Shown piece by piece: positions 1 through 9,153 of a stretch of DNA of 35,883 bases (within the stretch, counting starts at the first letter, position 1; each line of letters begins with the position of its first letter). Position numbers and translations under genes: made by a program. Under the pieces are notes generated by a model. It did not search any database. It saw only the letters and a program-made list of their open reading frames with translations, and was not told where the DNA came from. The stretch is from assembly GCA_031263105.1 (NCBI GenBank), contig JAISGJ010000236.1, forward strand, positions 1 through 35,883, read 5' to 3'. Source of the stretch: Coriobacteriales bacterium (lineage in GTDB: Bacteria > Actinomycetota > Coriobacteriia > Coriobacteriales > UBA8131).

Positions 1-48
1 CCCCCCCCCCCCCCCCCCCCCCCCCCGCCCCCGCCCCCCCCCCCCCCC
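1..48. other. Poly-C contig end, probable sequencing artefact (reverse-complemented poly-G tail)
   Basis: Near-pure C run at the very start, mirrored by a poly-G run at 35777-35800. Confidence 0.8.
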
Positions 49-90
49 GGCCTGGGTCGGGGACTGGCTCGGTGCGCTGCTCTGCTCCAT
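49..90 (-). CDS. 5' fragment (MEQSSAPSQSPTQA...) of a gene running off the left end, probably the N-terminus of the DUF4352-like protein at 35196-35776
   Basis: Minus-strand ATG at 90 preceded by AGAAGGGA RBS; frame open into the poly-C; same strand as and directly downstream of cI. Confidence 0.65.
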
Positions 91-186
91 GGTGGTTCCC
101 TTCTGTATCGTGTCCGGCCCTGTGCCGGGACATCCCGTTTCGGCCCGGACGTCCGTCCGGGCGTGCCGCCTGCGTCCTCTTATCTA

Positions 187-837
187 CTACTTCTTCATCA
201 CGTAGTCGAACGGGAACGTCAGCCAGACGACCTTCCCGATGATGCGGATGCCCTCGGTCTCGGGCCTCCCGAAGTCGTAGGTCTTCGGCTGGAAGGTCGG
301 GTCGGTCGAGTCGGGGACGAGCTCCAGGCCGTTGTTCAGGCGCCTCACGCGCTTGACGGTCGAGTCGTGGCCGTTGACGTTCACGGCGTACACCTCGTCG
401 TCGACCACCTCGGTCTTGTTCGGGTTGACGAGCGCGTAGGAGTACCTCGGCAGCACCTTGTTCATGCTCTCGCCCGAGACCTCGAGCAGGAACGAGCCGG
501 GCTCCCTCTCCATGACCTGGCGCGGAACGGGGAAGTAGTCGTCGACGGGGCACATCTCGACCGGCTCCCCTGCCGGGACCCTGCCGCGTAGCGGGACGTC
601 GATGTAGTCGGGGTCGGAATACTCAAGGATTCTAGTGCTTTCGCTTCCGAGCGACATAGGGTCAAGCCCCAACGCCCTGCATATCGGGAGAATAGTGTCG
701 ATTCCGCTTCCGCCAAGCCCGCGATTAAGGGCGTTGTTGACGGTGCTGTATGGTATCCCTGTTTGCTTGGAAAACTGAGCGACGTTGCCATACAGGTCTT
801 TGATTCTCAGTTTAACCGTTTCCTCTGTTTTGCCCAT
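187..837 (-). CDS. cI: CI-like repressor, N-terminal HTH plus S24 (LexA-type) autopeptidase
   Basis: HTH-like NVAQFSKQTGIPYSTVNNAL; VPAG cleavage motif, VSGESM catalytic Ser, TVKR catalytic Lys; ATG at 837 has a GGGAG RBS (track start 849 is TTG); divergent from cro. Confidence 0.92.
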   Translation of the reverse strand: MGKTEETVKLRIKDLYGNVAQFSKQTGIPYSTVNNALNRGLGGSGIDTILPICRALGLDPMSLGSESTRILEYSDPDYIDVPLRGRVPAGEPVEMCPVDDYFPVPRQVMEREPGSFLLEVSGESMNKVLPRYSYALVNPNKTEVVDDEVYAVNVNGHDSTVKRVRRLNNGLELVPDSTDPTFQPKTYDFGRPETEGIRIIGKVVWLTFPFDYVMKK

Positions 838-844
838 AGTTTCT

Positions 845-956
845 CCCAATTGGATGTATCACAAGAAATATTTTCCCAGTAGTACGAAAATTTATCAAGA
901 ACCTATTGCAAGTTTACCCAAATAGGTTATTATTGCTACGTAGTAACCCAATTGGG
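845..956. promoter_or_regulatory. Genetic switch: three putative operators and the rightward promoter
   Basis: AT-rich spacer. Palindrome CCCAATTGGG at 947-956, variants CCCAATTGGA at 845-854 and CCCAAATAGG at 917-926. TTGCAA (906-911)-N16-TATTAT (928-933) points at cro. Confidence 0.65.
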
Positions 957-984
957 AAAACCATAGCAACGGGAAAGGCGAAGC

Positions 985-1410
985 ATGGCGACCTACGGGA
1001 ACCTGAAGGCAGAGATGGCACGAAACGGGATCACCCAGAAACGGCTGGCCGAGTTCCTTGGCATGACACCTCAGAACGTCAAGATGAAGTTCGCAGGTCA
1101 GGTTAAGTTCTCGCTGGATGAGTGCAAGTCGATACGACGCGAGATCTTCCCGGGTCTCTCCCTCGACTACCTCTTCGCCGACAACGACATGGCCGAGGTG
1201 CGCATCGGCGCCCGCCCGCTCACCTATGACGAGTTCGTGAGCGGAGCGCCCGGGCCCGGGCTCGGCGACGACATCTACCTCCTGCCGCGCGACGCCGAGC
1301 GCAGGACGAGGCTGCGCCCCGACGGCGGCGGCGAGCTGTACATGGAGCCCCCCGGCCTGTGCTTGAGGGCGGGCGACGCAGACACGGCGGAGGGAGGCGG
1401 CGCGGCATGA
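985..1410 (+). CDS. cro: Cro-like XRE HTH regulator with C-terminal extension
   Basis: NLKAEMARNGITQKRLAEFLGMT...FSLDECKSI...LSLDYLF; divergent from cI. Confidence 0.85.
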   Translation: MATYGNLKAEMARNGITQKRLAEFLGMTPQNVKMKFAGQVKFSLDECKSIRREIFPGLSLDYLFADNDMAEVRIGARPLTYDEFVSGAPGPGLGDDIYLLPRDAERRTRLRPDGGGELYMEPPGLCLRAGDADTAEGGGAA

Positions 1411-1601
1411 GATACAGGGATTCGAGCCTCGGCCTCAGCCAGAGGCTCGTGTTCGAGGACGGCACCGTGTTCGAGCGGCGCCCCATGCGCGGCCGGCACG
1501 ACAGCACCTGGCGCGAGCAGCACAAGGTGGACGGCAGGGTCGTCGGCCGCGACGCCTGGTGGCAGCGGCTCGAGGCGAAGAAGGGGGGCGAGACGTCATG
1601 A
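1407..1601 (+). CDS. Hypothetical protein
   Basis: ATGA overlap with the cro stop, GGGAGG RBS, and ATGA overlap with the next gene. Confidence 0.6.
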   Translation: MRYRDSSLGLSQRLVFEDGTVFERRPMRGRHDSTWREQHKVDGRVVGRDAWWQRLEAKKGGETS

Positions 1602-1813
1602 GCGCCCCGTACAGGCCCTCCGTCGTCGTCTACCTCCACCCGGACGTGCCGCTGTACCAGTCCGCGACCGAGGCGGCGGCGACGCTCGGCGTGGGGCGCG
1701 AGACGCTCAGGGAGTACATGCGCCGCGCGCGCGACCCGCTGCCCTTCATCCGTGTCGGGCGCACCCAGAAGATATGCATCCCCGTCGCCGTCGAGTGGCT
1801 GGAGAGGCACTGA
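1598..1813 (+). CDS. Excisionase-like HTH protein
   Basis: SATEAAATLGVGRETLREY...LPFIRVGRTQKI...EWL pattern; early position in a phage with a tyrosine integrase. Confidence 0.75.
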   Translation: MSAPYRPSVVVYLHPDVPLYQSATEAAATLGVGRETLREYMRRARDPLPFIRVGRTQKICIPVAVEWLERH

Positions 1814-2415
1814 TGGGCGGCCTCCCCTTCGACAACATGACCCGCCGCGACGTCGCCTTCTCGGCCGCCCTCGCCGCCGCCGTCACCCTCGCGCTGGCCC
1901 TCGTGCCGCCCGCCGTGTCGGCCTGCTCGGACGCGCGCCCCGTGTACGCCTCTGCCTCCCTTCTCCCCCCGGACGTCCCCGTCGTCCGGCTGCGGACACC
2001 CCTCCCGCAGCAGCCTCCCCATGCAGAGCCCGCGGAGCAGCCCGAGCAGGCCGTCACGGCGGGCGGTATTGCAGGCGCCGCCCCCGCCGAGGGGGCGGCG
2101 GCGCCCGCCGCCGAGCCGCCGGCGCCGACGTCCCCTGCGGACGCGGCGCCGGCGGCCACCCCTTTGAGCGACGCCGAGTGCGCCGCCCGCATCATCGACT
2201 ACGAGAGCCGGGGCGACCCCTGGGCCGAGAACGGGCGCTACAAAGGCATAGGCCAGCTGGACGAGTCCTACTACCCCCTGTACATCGGCAGGACGTGGGC
2301 CGAGGTGGCCGGGGACTACGATGCCCAGTTCGAGGCCATGAGCGCCTACGTCATGTCGCGCCACGGCTCGTGGCAGGCGGCGTGGGCGCACGTCGAGAGG
2401 GAGGGGTGGTACTGA
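1813..2415 (+). CDS. Exported protein with Pro/Ala linker and C-terminal lysozyme-like (Apf/Rpf-like transglycosylase) domain
   Basis: TRR plus hydrophobic segment plus VSAC; C-terminus IIDYESRG..NGRYKGIGQL...AYVMSRHGSWQAAWAH..GWY; TGATG coupling at both ends. Confidence 0.75.
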   Translation: MGGLPFDNMTRRDVAFSAALAAAVTLALALVPPAVSACSDARPVYASASLLPPDVPVVRLRTPLPQQPPHAEPAEQPEQAVTAGGIAGAAPAEGAAAPAAEPPAPTSPADAAPAATPLSDAECAARIIDYESRGDPWAENGRYKGIGQLDESYYPLYIGRTWAEVAGDYDAQFEAMSAYVMSRHGSWQAAWAHVEREGWY

Positions 2416-2546
2416 TGGGCCGCGATCCGCTGAGGCGAGGCACGGGCGCCGCCGCCGGGTGCGGGTGCGGGTGCGCCGTCATGGGCCTCCTGCTCGCGGC
2501 CGGGTGCCTGTGCGTGGCGCTGGCGGCGAGGGCTCTGGGGCTTTAG
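2415..2546 (+). CDS. Small Cys-rich membrane peptide
   Basis: TGATG overlap; MGRDPLRRG...GCGCGCAVMGLLLAAGCLCVALAARALGL has one hydrophobic helix. Confidence 0.5.
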   Translation: MGRDPLRRGTGAAAGCGCGCAVMGLLLAAGCLCVALAARALGL

Positions 2547-2616
2547 GAGGACGGTATCGACGGGCGCGGCGTGCGCCCTGGTACGGACATGACGGTCGGA
2601 CGAAGGAGAGAGAGAC

Positions 2617-3060
2617 ATGGACGACGGAGTGACGATCAGCCTGAGGATCGAGGGCGGCGCCGGGACGGAGCGGATGCGGAGGGTCCTCGGCGCGCTGTGC
2701 GGGGACGCGGGGGCCGCCGCCGCGCCGCCGCCGCCGGAGGCCGCCCCGGCCGAGAAGCCCAAGGCCGCGAAGGCCCGCGCCAGGAAGGGCGCCGCGCCCG
2801 AGCCTGAGCCGGAGGGGGCGAAGGGGCCCGGGGGCGCGCGGCTCCCGGGCGGCGGGCCGGTCGACGCGGGGCCGGTCGGGACGGCGGGGGCCGGGCCCGT
2901 CGGGCTCGAGCGCCTGCGCGAGGTCGCCTACGGGCTCGTCCAGGCAGGCAGGCGCGAGGAGCTCGCGGCCCTGCTGGGAGAGTTCGGCGCCGCGGCGCTG
3001 CCGGAGGTCGCCGAGGCCGACCACACGGCGCTCCTCGCGCGCCTGGAGGCGCTGAGGTGA
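2617..3060 (+). CDS. Conserved phage protein typically preceding DUF2800
   Basis: AGGAGAG RBS; Pro/Ala linker and helical C-terminus LAALLGEFGAAALPEV; GTGA overlap with the next gene. Confidence 0.7.
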   Translation: MDDGVTISLRIEGGAGTERMRRVLGALCGDAGAAAAPPPPEAAPAEKPKAAKARARKGAAPEPEPEGAKGPGGARLPGGGPVDAGPVGTAGAGPVGLERLREVAYGLVQAGRREELAALLGEFGAAALPEVAEADHTALLARLEALR

Positions 3061-4226
3061 GCGGCGCGCACGCGCTCCTGAGCGCGTCCGCGTCGCACAG
3101 GTGGCTCGCGTGCACCCCCTCGGCGCGGCTCGAGGCCGGCATGCCCGAGGGCGCCAGCGTGTACGCGGAGGAGGGCACCGCCGCGCACGAGTACGCCGAG
3201 CTGGAGCTGTCCCACAGGCTCGGCAAGGTGACCAGGGCCGCCTACAGCAGGCGCCTGAAGGCCGTGAAGGCGGGCGCGCACTGGTCTGCGGAGATGGAGC
3301 GCCACATAGGCGACTACGTCGCCCAGGTGCTCGAGCTCGTGGCGGCGCTCGGGGCCTCGGGGCTGAAGCCCTACGTCGACCTGGAGCGGAGGGTCGACTT
3401 CAGCCGCTTCGTCCCCGAAGGCTACGGGACCGCTGACGTGGTCGTCTTGGCCGGGGGCGTCCTGCACGTCATAGACCTCAAGTACGGGAAGGGCGTGCCC
3501 GTCGCCGCCGAGGGCAACCCCCAGCTCATGCTGTACGCGGTCGGCGCAGTAGAGGGCTACGGCATCCTGTTCGACTTCGCCGACGTCGAGATGACCATCA
3601 TGCAGCCCCGCCTGGGCGCGACGAGCGGCTTCTCCCTGTCGCGCGAGGAGCTCCTGGCGTGGGCGAGCGACTACGTGGCCCCGAGGGCCGGGCTCGCGGC
3701 GGCGGGCGAGGGCGAGTACGCGCCGTCCGACGGCGCGTGCCGCTTCTGCAGGGCCAGGCCCGTCTGCCGCGCCCGGGCGGACGCCGCCCTCGCCGCCGCG
3801 CGCGAGGACTTCGCCCTGCCGCCGGCGCTCTCCGTCGAGGAGGTCGCCGGGCTCCTGCCCAGGCTGCCGGGCGTCGAGGCGTGGGCCAAGGACGTGCAGG
3901 AGTGGGCCCTCGGGCAGGCCCGCGACAACGGGGTCGCCTTCGCCGGCTACAAGCTGGTGGAGGGCCGCTCGGTGCGGAGGATCCCCGACGCCTTCGCCGC
4001 CGAGACGGTGCTTAAAGACGCGGGCTACCCGAAGCGCGACTACCTCAAGCCCACGGAGCTCAAGGGCGTCACCGACCTGGAGAGGCTGCTCGGCAAGCCG
4101 AGGTTCGCCGAGATGCTGGGCGGCCTGGTCGTGAGGCCCCCCGGCAAGCCGGTGCTGGTGCCGGACAGCGACAGGCGCCCGGCGCTCGGCAGCGCGCAGG
4201 GCGCGGCGGAGGACTTCAAGGACTGA
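3057..4226 (+). CDS. DUF2800 family PD-(D/E)xK (Cas4-like) exonuclease
   Basis: HALLSASASHRWLAC, AEEGTAAH, GYGTAD, IDLKYGKG, NPQLMLYA, CRFC..C. Confidence 0.9.
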   Translation: MSGAHALLSASASHRWLACTPSARLEAGMPEGASVYAEEGTAAHEYAELELSHRLGKVTRAAYSRRLKAVKAGAHWSAEMERHIGDYVAQVLELVAALGASGLKPYVDLERRVDFSRFVPEGYGTADVVVLAGGVLHVIDLKYGKGVPVAAEGNPQLMLYAVGAVEGYGILFDFADVEMTIMQPRLGATSGFSLSREELLAWASDYVAPRAGLAAAGEGEYAPSDGACRFCRARPVCRARADAALAAAREDFALPPALSVEEVAGLLPRLPGVEAWAKDVQEWALGQARDNGVAFAGYKLVEGRSVRRIPDAFAAETVLKDAGYPKRDYLKPTELKGVTDLERLLGKPRFAEMLGGLVVRPPGKPVLVPDSDRRPALGSAQGAAEDFKD

Positions 4227-4256
4227 CCGGGGAACCGACAGAAAGGAAGCACGGAA

Positions 4257-4853
4257 ATGGCAAACGGAAAAGCAGGCACCGTCACGAACCAGACCACCAA
4301 GGTTGTCACCGAGGAGGTGCGGCTGAGCTTCGTGCACCTGTTCGAGCCCTTCGCCTTCGACGACACGCAGGAGGCCAAGTACAGCGTGATGGCGCTGATC
4401 CCCAAGACGGACAGGAAGACGCTCGGCCGGATCAAGGCCGCCCAGCAGGCGGCGGTCGAACTCGGCGTCAGGAACAAGTGGAACGGCAGGAGGCCGGCGA
4501 AGCTCGGCAACACCCTGCGCGACGGCGACGAGGAGATGGAGGGCGAGGAGTTCGAGGGCTGCTACTTCATCCGGGCGTCGTCCAGGACCAGGCCCGGCGT
4601 CGTCGACGCCGCCTTGAACACGATCCTCGACTCCACCGAGGTCTACAGCGGGTGCTACGGGCGGGTGTCGCTCAACTTCTTCCCCTACGCCCACGCCGGC
4701 AACAACGGGATCAGCGCAGGGCTCAACAACGTGCAGAAGACCCGCGACGGCGAGCCCCTGGGCGGGCGCAGCAGGGCGGAGGACGACTTCGACAGGTACG
4801 ACACGGGCGAGGACGGCCTCTCCGGCGCCGACGCGGACCTGCTGGGGCTGTGA
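4257..4853 (+). CDS. DUF2815 family single-stranded DNA-binding protein
   Basis: VRLSFVHLFEP, LRDGD, EVYSGCYGRVS, GLNNVQKTRDGEPLGG, acidic tail. Confidence 0.9.
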   Translation: MANGKAGTVTNQTTKVVTEEVRLSFVHLFEPFAFDDTQEAKYSVMALIPKTDRKTLGRIKAAQQAAVELGVRNKWNGRRPAKLGNTLRDGDEEMEGEEFEGCYFIRASSRTRPGVVDAALNTILDSTEVYSGCYGRVSLNFFPYAHAGNNGISAGLNNVQKTRDGEPLGGRSRAEDDFDRYDTGEDGLSGADADLLGL

Positions 4854-6769
4854 GGACGCTCGGCATAGACATAGAGACCTTCTCCGACGAGGACCTGGGG
4901 GCGGTGGGCGTCCACCGGTACGCCGCGTCGCCGGGCTTCAGGGTGCTGCTGTTCGGCTACTCGGCGGACGGCTCGCCGGCAGAGGTCTGCGACCTCGCGA
5001 ACGGCGAGCCGCTGCCGCGCGAGGTCGCTCGCGCGCTCGATGACCCGCAGGTCGTCAAGCGGGCCTTCAACGCCCAGTTCGAGCGGGTCTGCCTGAGCGA
5101 GCATCTGCGCCGGGGCCGCCCGTTCGACGGCTACCTGGACCCCGCGCAGTGGCGCTGCACGATGGCGCAGGCCGCGTACTGGGGCGCCTCCGGCGGCCTC
5201 AGGCAGGCAGGGGCCTGCCTCGGGACCGACGTGCAGAAGGACGCCGCCGGGACGCGCCTGATGAACCGCTTCTCGAGGCCGCAGCCCGCGCCCGTCCCCC
5301 GCGAGGGCGAGGACTGGGAGCGCTTCGTGGCGTACTGCAGGACGGACGTGGAGTGCGAGACGGCCATAGCCGCCGCGCTCCCCGGCCCCCTCCCCGAGCG
5401 CGAGCAGCGGCTGTACGTGCTGGACCAGCGCGTCAACGACGCCGGCGTCAGGGTGGACAGGGCCCTGGCCCGATGCGCCGTGAGGATGGCGGAGGACAAC
5501 GACGAGCGGCTGCAGGCGAGGCTCAGGGCCGTCACCGGCCTCGCCAACCCCAACAGCGTGGCGCAGCTCAAGGGCTGGCTCGACGCGCAGGGCGCGTGCA
5601 TGCCGAGCCTCAACAGGGAGGCCGTGGAGGCGGCGCTGGCCGGCGGCGGGGAGCTGAGCGACGCCGTCCGCGAGGCCCTCTCCCTGCGCCTCGCCGGCGC
5701 CAAGGCGACCAACAAGAAGTACGCCGTCGCGGCGCGCGCCGCCGGGGAGGACGGCCGCCTGCGCGGCTCCTTCCAGTTCTACGGCGCGTCCACCGGCCGG
5801 TGGGCCGGGCGCCTCGTGCAGCTGCAGAACCTCGCGCGCGGGGATCTTCAGGGTCGCGACCGGGACATGGCCCGCGAGCTCGTGCGCGCAGGCGACGCCG
5901 ACGGCGTGAGGATGCTCTACGGCGACGTCGCGGAGACGCTCAAGAGCCTCGTGCGCACGGTGCTGGTGCCGGCCCGAGGCGCCGCGCTGGTGGTCTCCGA
6001 CTTCGCCTCCGTCGAGGCCCGCGTGCTCGCGTGGCTCGCGGGCGAGGAATGGGCGCTGGACGTCTTCAGGACGACCGGGCGCGTGTACGAGGCGACCGCC
6101 GCGCGCATGTTCCGGGTCGCCGAGGGGGAGGTCACGAAGGAGCTCAGGCAGCGCGGCAAGGTCGCGACGCTCGCGCTCGGCTACCAGGGCGGGCCCGCCG
6201 CCCTGGAGCGCATGGGGGCGCTCAGGGCGGGCGTCGACAAGAGGGACCTGCCCCGGCTCGTCAGGATGTGGAGGCTCGCCAACCCCGGGATCGTCAGGCT
6301 CTGGGCGGAGACGGAGGACGCCGTGCGCGCCGTGGCGGCCAGGGAGGCCGGGCGCCTCGCCGTGGCCAAGGGGCGCATCGAGGTCTCGGGCGCGGGCTTC
6401 GGGGTCCTGGTGCGCCTGCCGTCCGGCCGCGCGCTCGCCTACCGCGGCATGAGGGCCGACCCCTGCGACGGCAGGCTCTCATACGTCGCGGCCGGCTCCC
6501 GCACGGAGACCTACGGCGGCAGGCTCGTCGAGAACGTCACCCAGGCGGTGGCCCGCGACCTCCTGGCGGAGGCGATGCTCGAGCTGCACGGGGACGGGCG
6601 CCGCATAGTCGCCCACGTCCACGACGAGGTGGTCATGGAGGCGGACGAGGCCGAGGCCGCCTCGGTGCTGGGCGCCGCCAGGGCCGCGATGTCGAGGGCC
6701 CCCGAGTGGGCGCCCGGACTGCCCCTGAGCGCCGAGGGGTACGTCTGCGACTACTACCGCAAGGGGTGA
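4850..6769 (+). CDS. Family A DNA polymerase with 3'-5' exonuclease
   Basis: GTG overlapping the SSB stop; IDIET and AFNAQFE exonuclease motifs, TGRWAG, motif A SDFASVEARV, motif B RQRGKVATLALGY, motif C HVHDE. Confidence 0.95.
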   Translation: MRTLGIDIETFSDEDLGAVGVHRYAASPGFRVLLFGYSADGSPAEVCDLANGEPLPREVARALDDPQVVKRAFNAQFERVCLSEHLRRGRPFDGYLDPAQWRCTMAQAAYWGASGGLRQAGACLGTDVQKDAAGTRLMNRFSRPQPAPVPREGEDWERFVAYCRTDVECETAIAAALPGPLPEREQRLYVLDQRVNDAGVRVDRALARCAVRMAEDNDERLQARLRAVTGLANPNSVAQLKGWLDAQGACMPSLNREAVEAALAGGGELSDAVREALSLRLAGAKATNKKYAVAARAAGEDGRLRGSFQFYGASTGRWAGRLVQLQNLARGDLQGRDRDMARELVRAGDADGVRMLYGDVAETLKSLVRTVLVPARGAALVVSDFASVEARVLAWLAGEEWALDVFRTTGRVYEATAARMFRVAEGEVTKELRQRGKVATLALGYQGGPAALERMGALRAGVDKRDLPRLVRMWRLANPGIVRLWAETEDAVRAVAAREAGRLAVAKGRIEVSGAGFGVLVRLPSGRALAYRGMRADPCDGRLSYVAAGSRTETYGGRLVENVTQAVARDLLAEAMLELHGDGRRIVAHVHDEVVMEADEAEAASVLGAARAAMSRAPEWAPGLPLSAEGYVCDYYRKG

Positions 6770-6777
6770 CGGGGGGC

Positions 6778-9153
6778 ATGGGAGACAGGCTCTACGACGT
6801 GGCGAGGGCCCCCGGCGCCCGCTCCGGGCGCTGGAAGAACACGCGCATGTCCTGGGCGGAGTTCGTCCGGTGGCAGCGCGAGCCGCGCCGCACAGAAGAG
6901 AGCGCGGCCGAGTACAGGGCCATGACGAAGGCGCAGCAGGCGGCCGCCAAGGATGGCCCGGCATACGTCGCGGGCCGCCTCGAGGGCGGCAGGCGCACCA
7001 AGGCGGCCGTCAGGAGCCGCTCCATGCTCACGCTCGACGCGGATGCGGCGGCGGCGGGCCTCTGGGACGGGTACCGCCTGCTCGTGGGCGCTGCGGCGCT
7101 CATGCACTCCACCCACTCGCACACCGGCGAGGAGCCGAGGTGCCGCCTCGTCGTCGCGCTCGGCCGGGACGTCGCGCCCGACGAGTACCGGGCGCTGTCC
7201 ATGAAGGTCGCCGAGTGCATAGGGCCCGGCAGCTTCGACCCCACGACGCACCAGCCCGAGCGCCTCATGTACAAGAGCAGCTGCAGCGCCGACGCCCCCT
7301 TCGTCTTCGAGGAGCTGGACGCCGCCCCGCTCGACGTGGAGCGCTGGCTCGCGACGTGCCCCGACCGGCACGGCGCGCCGTGCGCGGCGGACGCGGCCAA
7401 GGCGCAGGACCCCGCCGCCAAGCCCGGCGCCATAGGCGCGTTCTGCCGCCTGTACGACATCGACGCGACGATAGCGGCCTTCCTGCCCGACGTGTACGCC
7501 GAGGCGGGGGAGGGGCGCTACACCTACAGGGGCGGCAGCTCCTGGGGCGGGCTCGTGGTCTACGGGGACGGGAAGTGGGCGTACTCCAACCACGCGACCG
7601 ACCCCGCCGGAGGGCGGCTCGTCAACTCCTTCGACCTGCTGCGGCTGCACAGGTGGGGCGGGACGGACGCGGGCGCCGAGGAGGGGGCGCCGGTCATGTC
7701 GCTGCCGTCGATGAGGGCCGCGCTGGACTTCGCCCTGTCGCTCGAGGACGTGGCCGCCGAGGTCGCCCGAGGTCGCCTGTCCGCCCCCGAGGAGGACTTC
7801 GGCGCCGTGGGCGCCCCGGACGGCGACGAGGGGGACGGCTGGCTCGGCAGGCTGTCCAGGAGCCGCAAGACGGGCGAGGTGCTGCCGACGGCGGCCAACA
7901 TAGGGCTCGTCTTCCGGCACGACGCCGGGCTGGCGGGCAAGGTGAGGTGCGACGTCACGACGGGGCTGCCCTGCGTGGTCGCCGACGCCCTGCCGTGGCG
8001 CAGGGTCGAGGGCGCGTACTCGCGCTGGTCCGACGGAGACGACGCGAGCCTGCGCATCCACCTCGAGACCCGCTACGGCATCGTGAACAGGGCGAAGGTG
8101 GACGACGCCCTGTCGCACGAGGCGAACAGGCGGCTGTACGACCCCGTGCGCGAGCACCTGGAGGCCCTTCCCGCGTGGGACGGCGTCCCGCGCGCGGACA
8201 CGCTCCTGATCGACCTGATGGGCGCCGAGGACGGCCCCTACGCCCGCGCCGTCACGCGCAAGACGCTGTGCGCCGCCGTGCACAGGGCGCTCCACCCGGG
8301 CTGCAAGTTCGACTACATGCTCATCCTGGAGGGCGTGCAGGGGCTGGGAAAGAGCTCGCTGTTCCAGCTGCTCGCCGGGCGGTGGTTCACAGACTCGCTG
8401 AGCCTGTCCGACCTGTCCAGGGACAAGGTGGCCGCAGAGAAGCTGCAGGGGTACTGGGTATGCGAGGTGGCCGAGCTCGACGGGATGGCGAAGGCGGACA
8501 TAGAGCGGCTCAAGGGCTTCCTCACGACGCCCAAGGACAGGTACCGCGCCGCGTACGACCGGCGGGTGGACGAGCGGCCGAGGCGCGGGATCATCGTCGG
8601 CTCGGTCAACAACCTGGACGGCTACCTGAGGGACGCCACGGGCAACCGCCGGTTCTGGCCCCTGCGGGTGCACACGAGGCTCGACAGGCGGCGCCTGGAC
8701 GCCGGCACGGTGGCGCAGGTGTGGGCCGAGGCCAAGGTGCTCGACGCGCTGGGCGAGCCGCTGTACCTGTCCGACGAGCTGGAGAGGGAGGCGGGCGCGA
8801 GGCAGCGCGAGGCGATGGAGACGGACCCGCGCGAGAGCCTGGTGCGGATGTACCTCGACACGCCCGTGCCGCCCGACTTCGACCGGTGGACCCTGCCGGC
8901 GCGCAAGGACCACTGGGCGGCCGCCGCCGAGTTCGACGGGCCGGAGGCCCCGACGGAGGGCCGCGCGGGGCGCTCCGAGGTGTCGGTGATCGAGGTGTGG
9001 ACGGAGGCCCTGCGGGAGGTAACCACGAAACCAAACCGTTACGACAGTTACCAGATCAGCGCGATCCTGAAGCGCCTGGGGTGGGAGCCGAGCGGGAAGG
9101 TGAGAAAACTGAGGGCCTACGGGGCGGTGAAGACGTATGAAAAAGGTAACTAG
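6778..9153 (+). CDS. Primase-helicase with VirE (virulence-associated E) domain
   Basis: LTLDAD and HSTHSH primase-like motifs; Walker A GVQGLGKS, EVAELDG, YRAAYDR, LRDATGNRRFWP. Confidence 0.9.
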   Translation: MGDRLYDVARAPGARSGRWKNTRMSWAEFVRWQREPRRTEESAAEYRAMTKAQQAAAKDGPAYVAGRLEGGRRTKAAVRSRSMLTLDADAAAAGLWDGYRLLVGAAALMHSTHSHTGEEPRCRLVVALGRDVAPDEYRALSMKVAECIGPGSFDPTTHQPERLMYKSSCSADAPFVFEELDAAPLDVERWLATCPDRHGAPCAADAAKAQDPAAKPGAIGAFCRLYDIDATIAAFLPDVYAEAGEGRYTYRGGSSWGGLVVYGDGKWAYSNHATDPAGGRLVNSFDLLRLHRWGGTDAGAEEGAPVMSLPSMRAALDFALSLEDVAAEVARGRLSAPEEDFGAVGAPDGDEGDGWLGRLSRSRKTGEVLPTAANIGLVFRHDAGLAGKVRCDVTTGLPCVVADALPWRRVEGAYSRWSDGDDASLRIHLETRYGIVNRAKVDDALSHEANRRLYDPVREHLEALPAWDGVPRADTLLIDLMGAEDGPYARAVTRKTLCAAVHRALHPGCKFDYMLILEGVQGLGKSSLFQLLAGRWFTDSLSLSDLSRDKVAAEKLQGYWVCEVAELDGMAKADIERLKGFLTTPKDRYRAAYDRRVDERPRRGIIVGSVNNLDGYLRDATGNRRFWPLRVHTRLDRRRLDAGTVAQVWAEAKVLDALGEPLYLSDELEREAGARQREAMETDPRESLVRMYLDTPVPPDFDRWTLPARKDHWAAAAEFDGPEAPTEGRAGRSEVSVIEVWTEALREVTTKPNRYDSYQISAILKRLGWEPSGKVRKLRAYGAVKTYEKGN

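Noticed and set aside
3057..4226. Cas4-like gene as part of a CRISPR-Cas system
   Set aside because: It lies in the standard DUF2800-DUF2815-PolA replication block; no array or other cas genes are visible.
5149..6777. 1334-aa ORF N-terminal extension and other long overlapping or antisense ORFs (e.g. 6754-9237, 23702-26815, 23800-27021)
   Set aside because: Arg/Gly/Pro-rich shadow frames expected at very high GC; they overlap well-supported genes.
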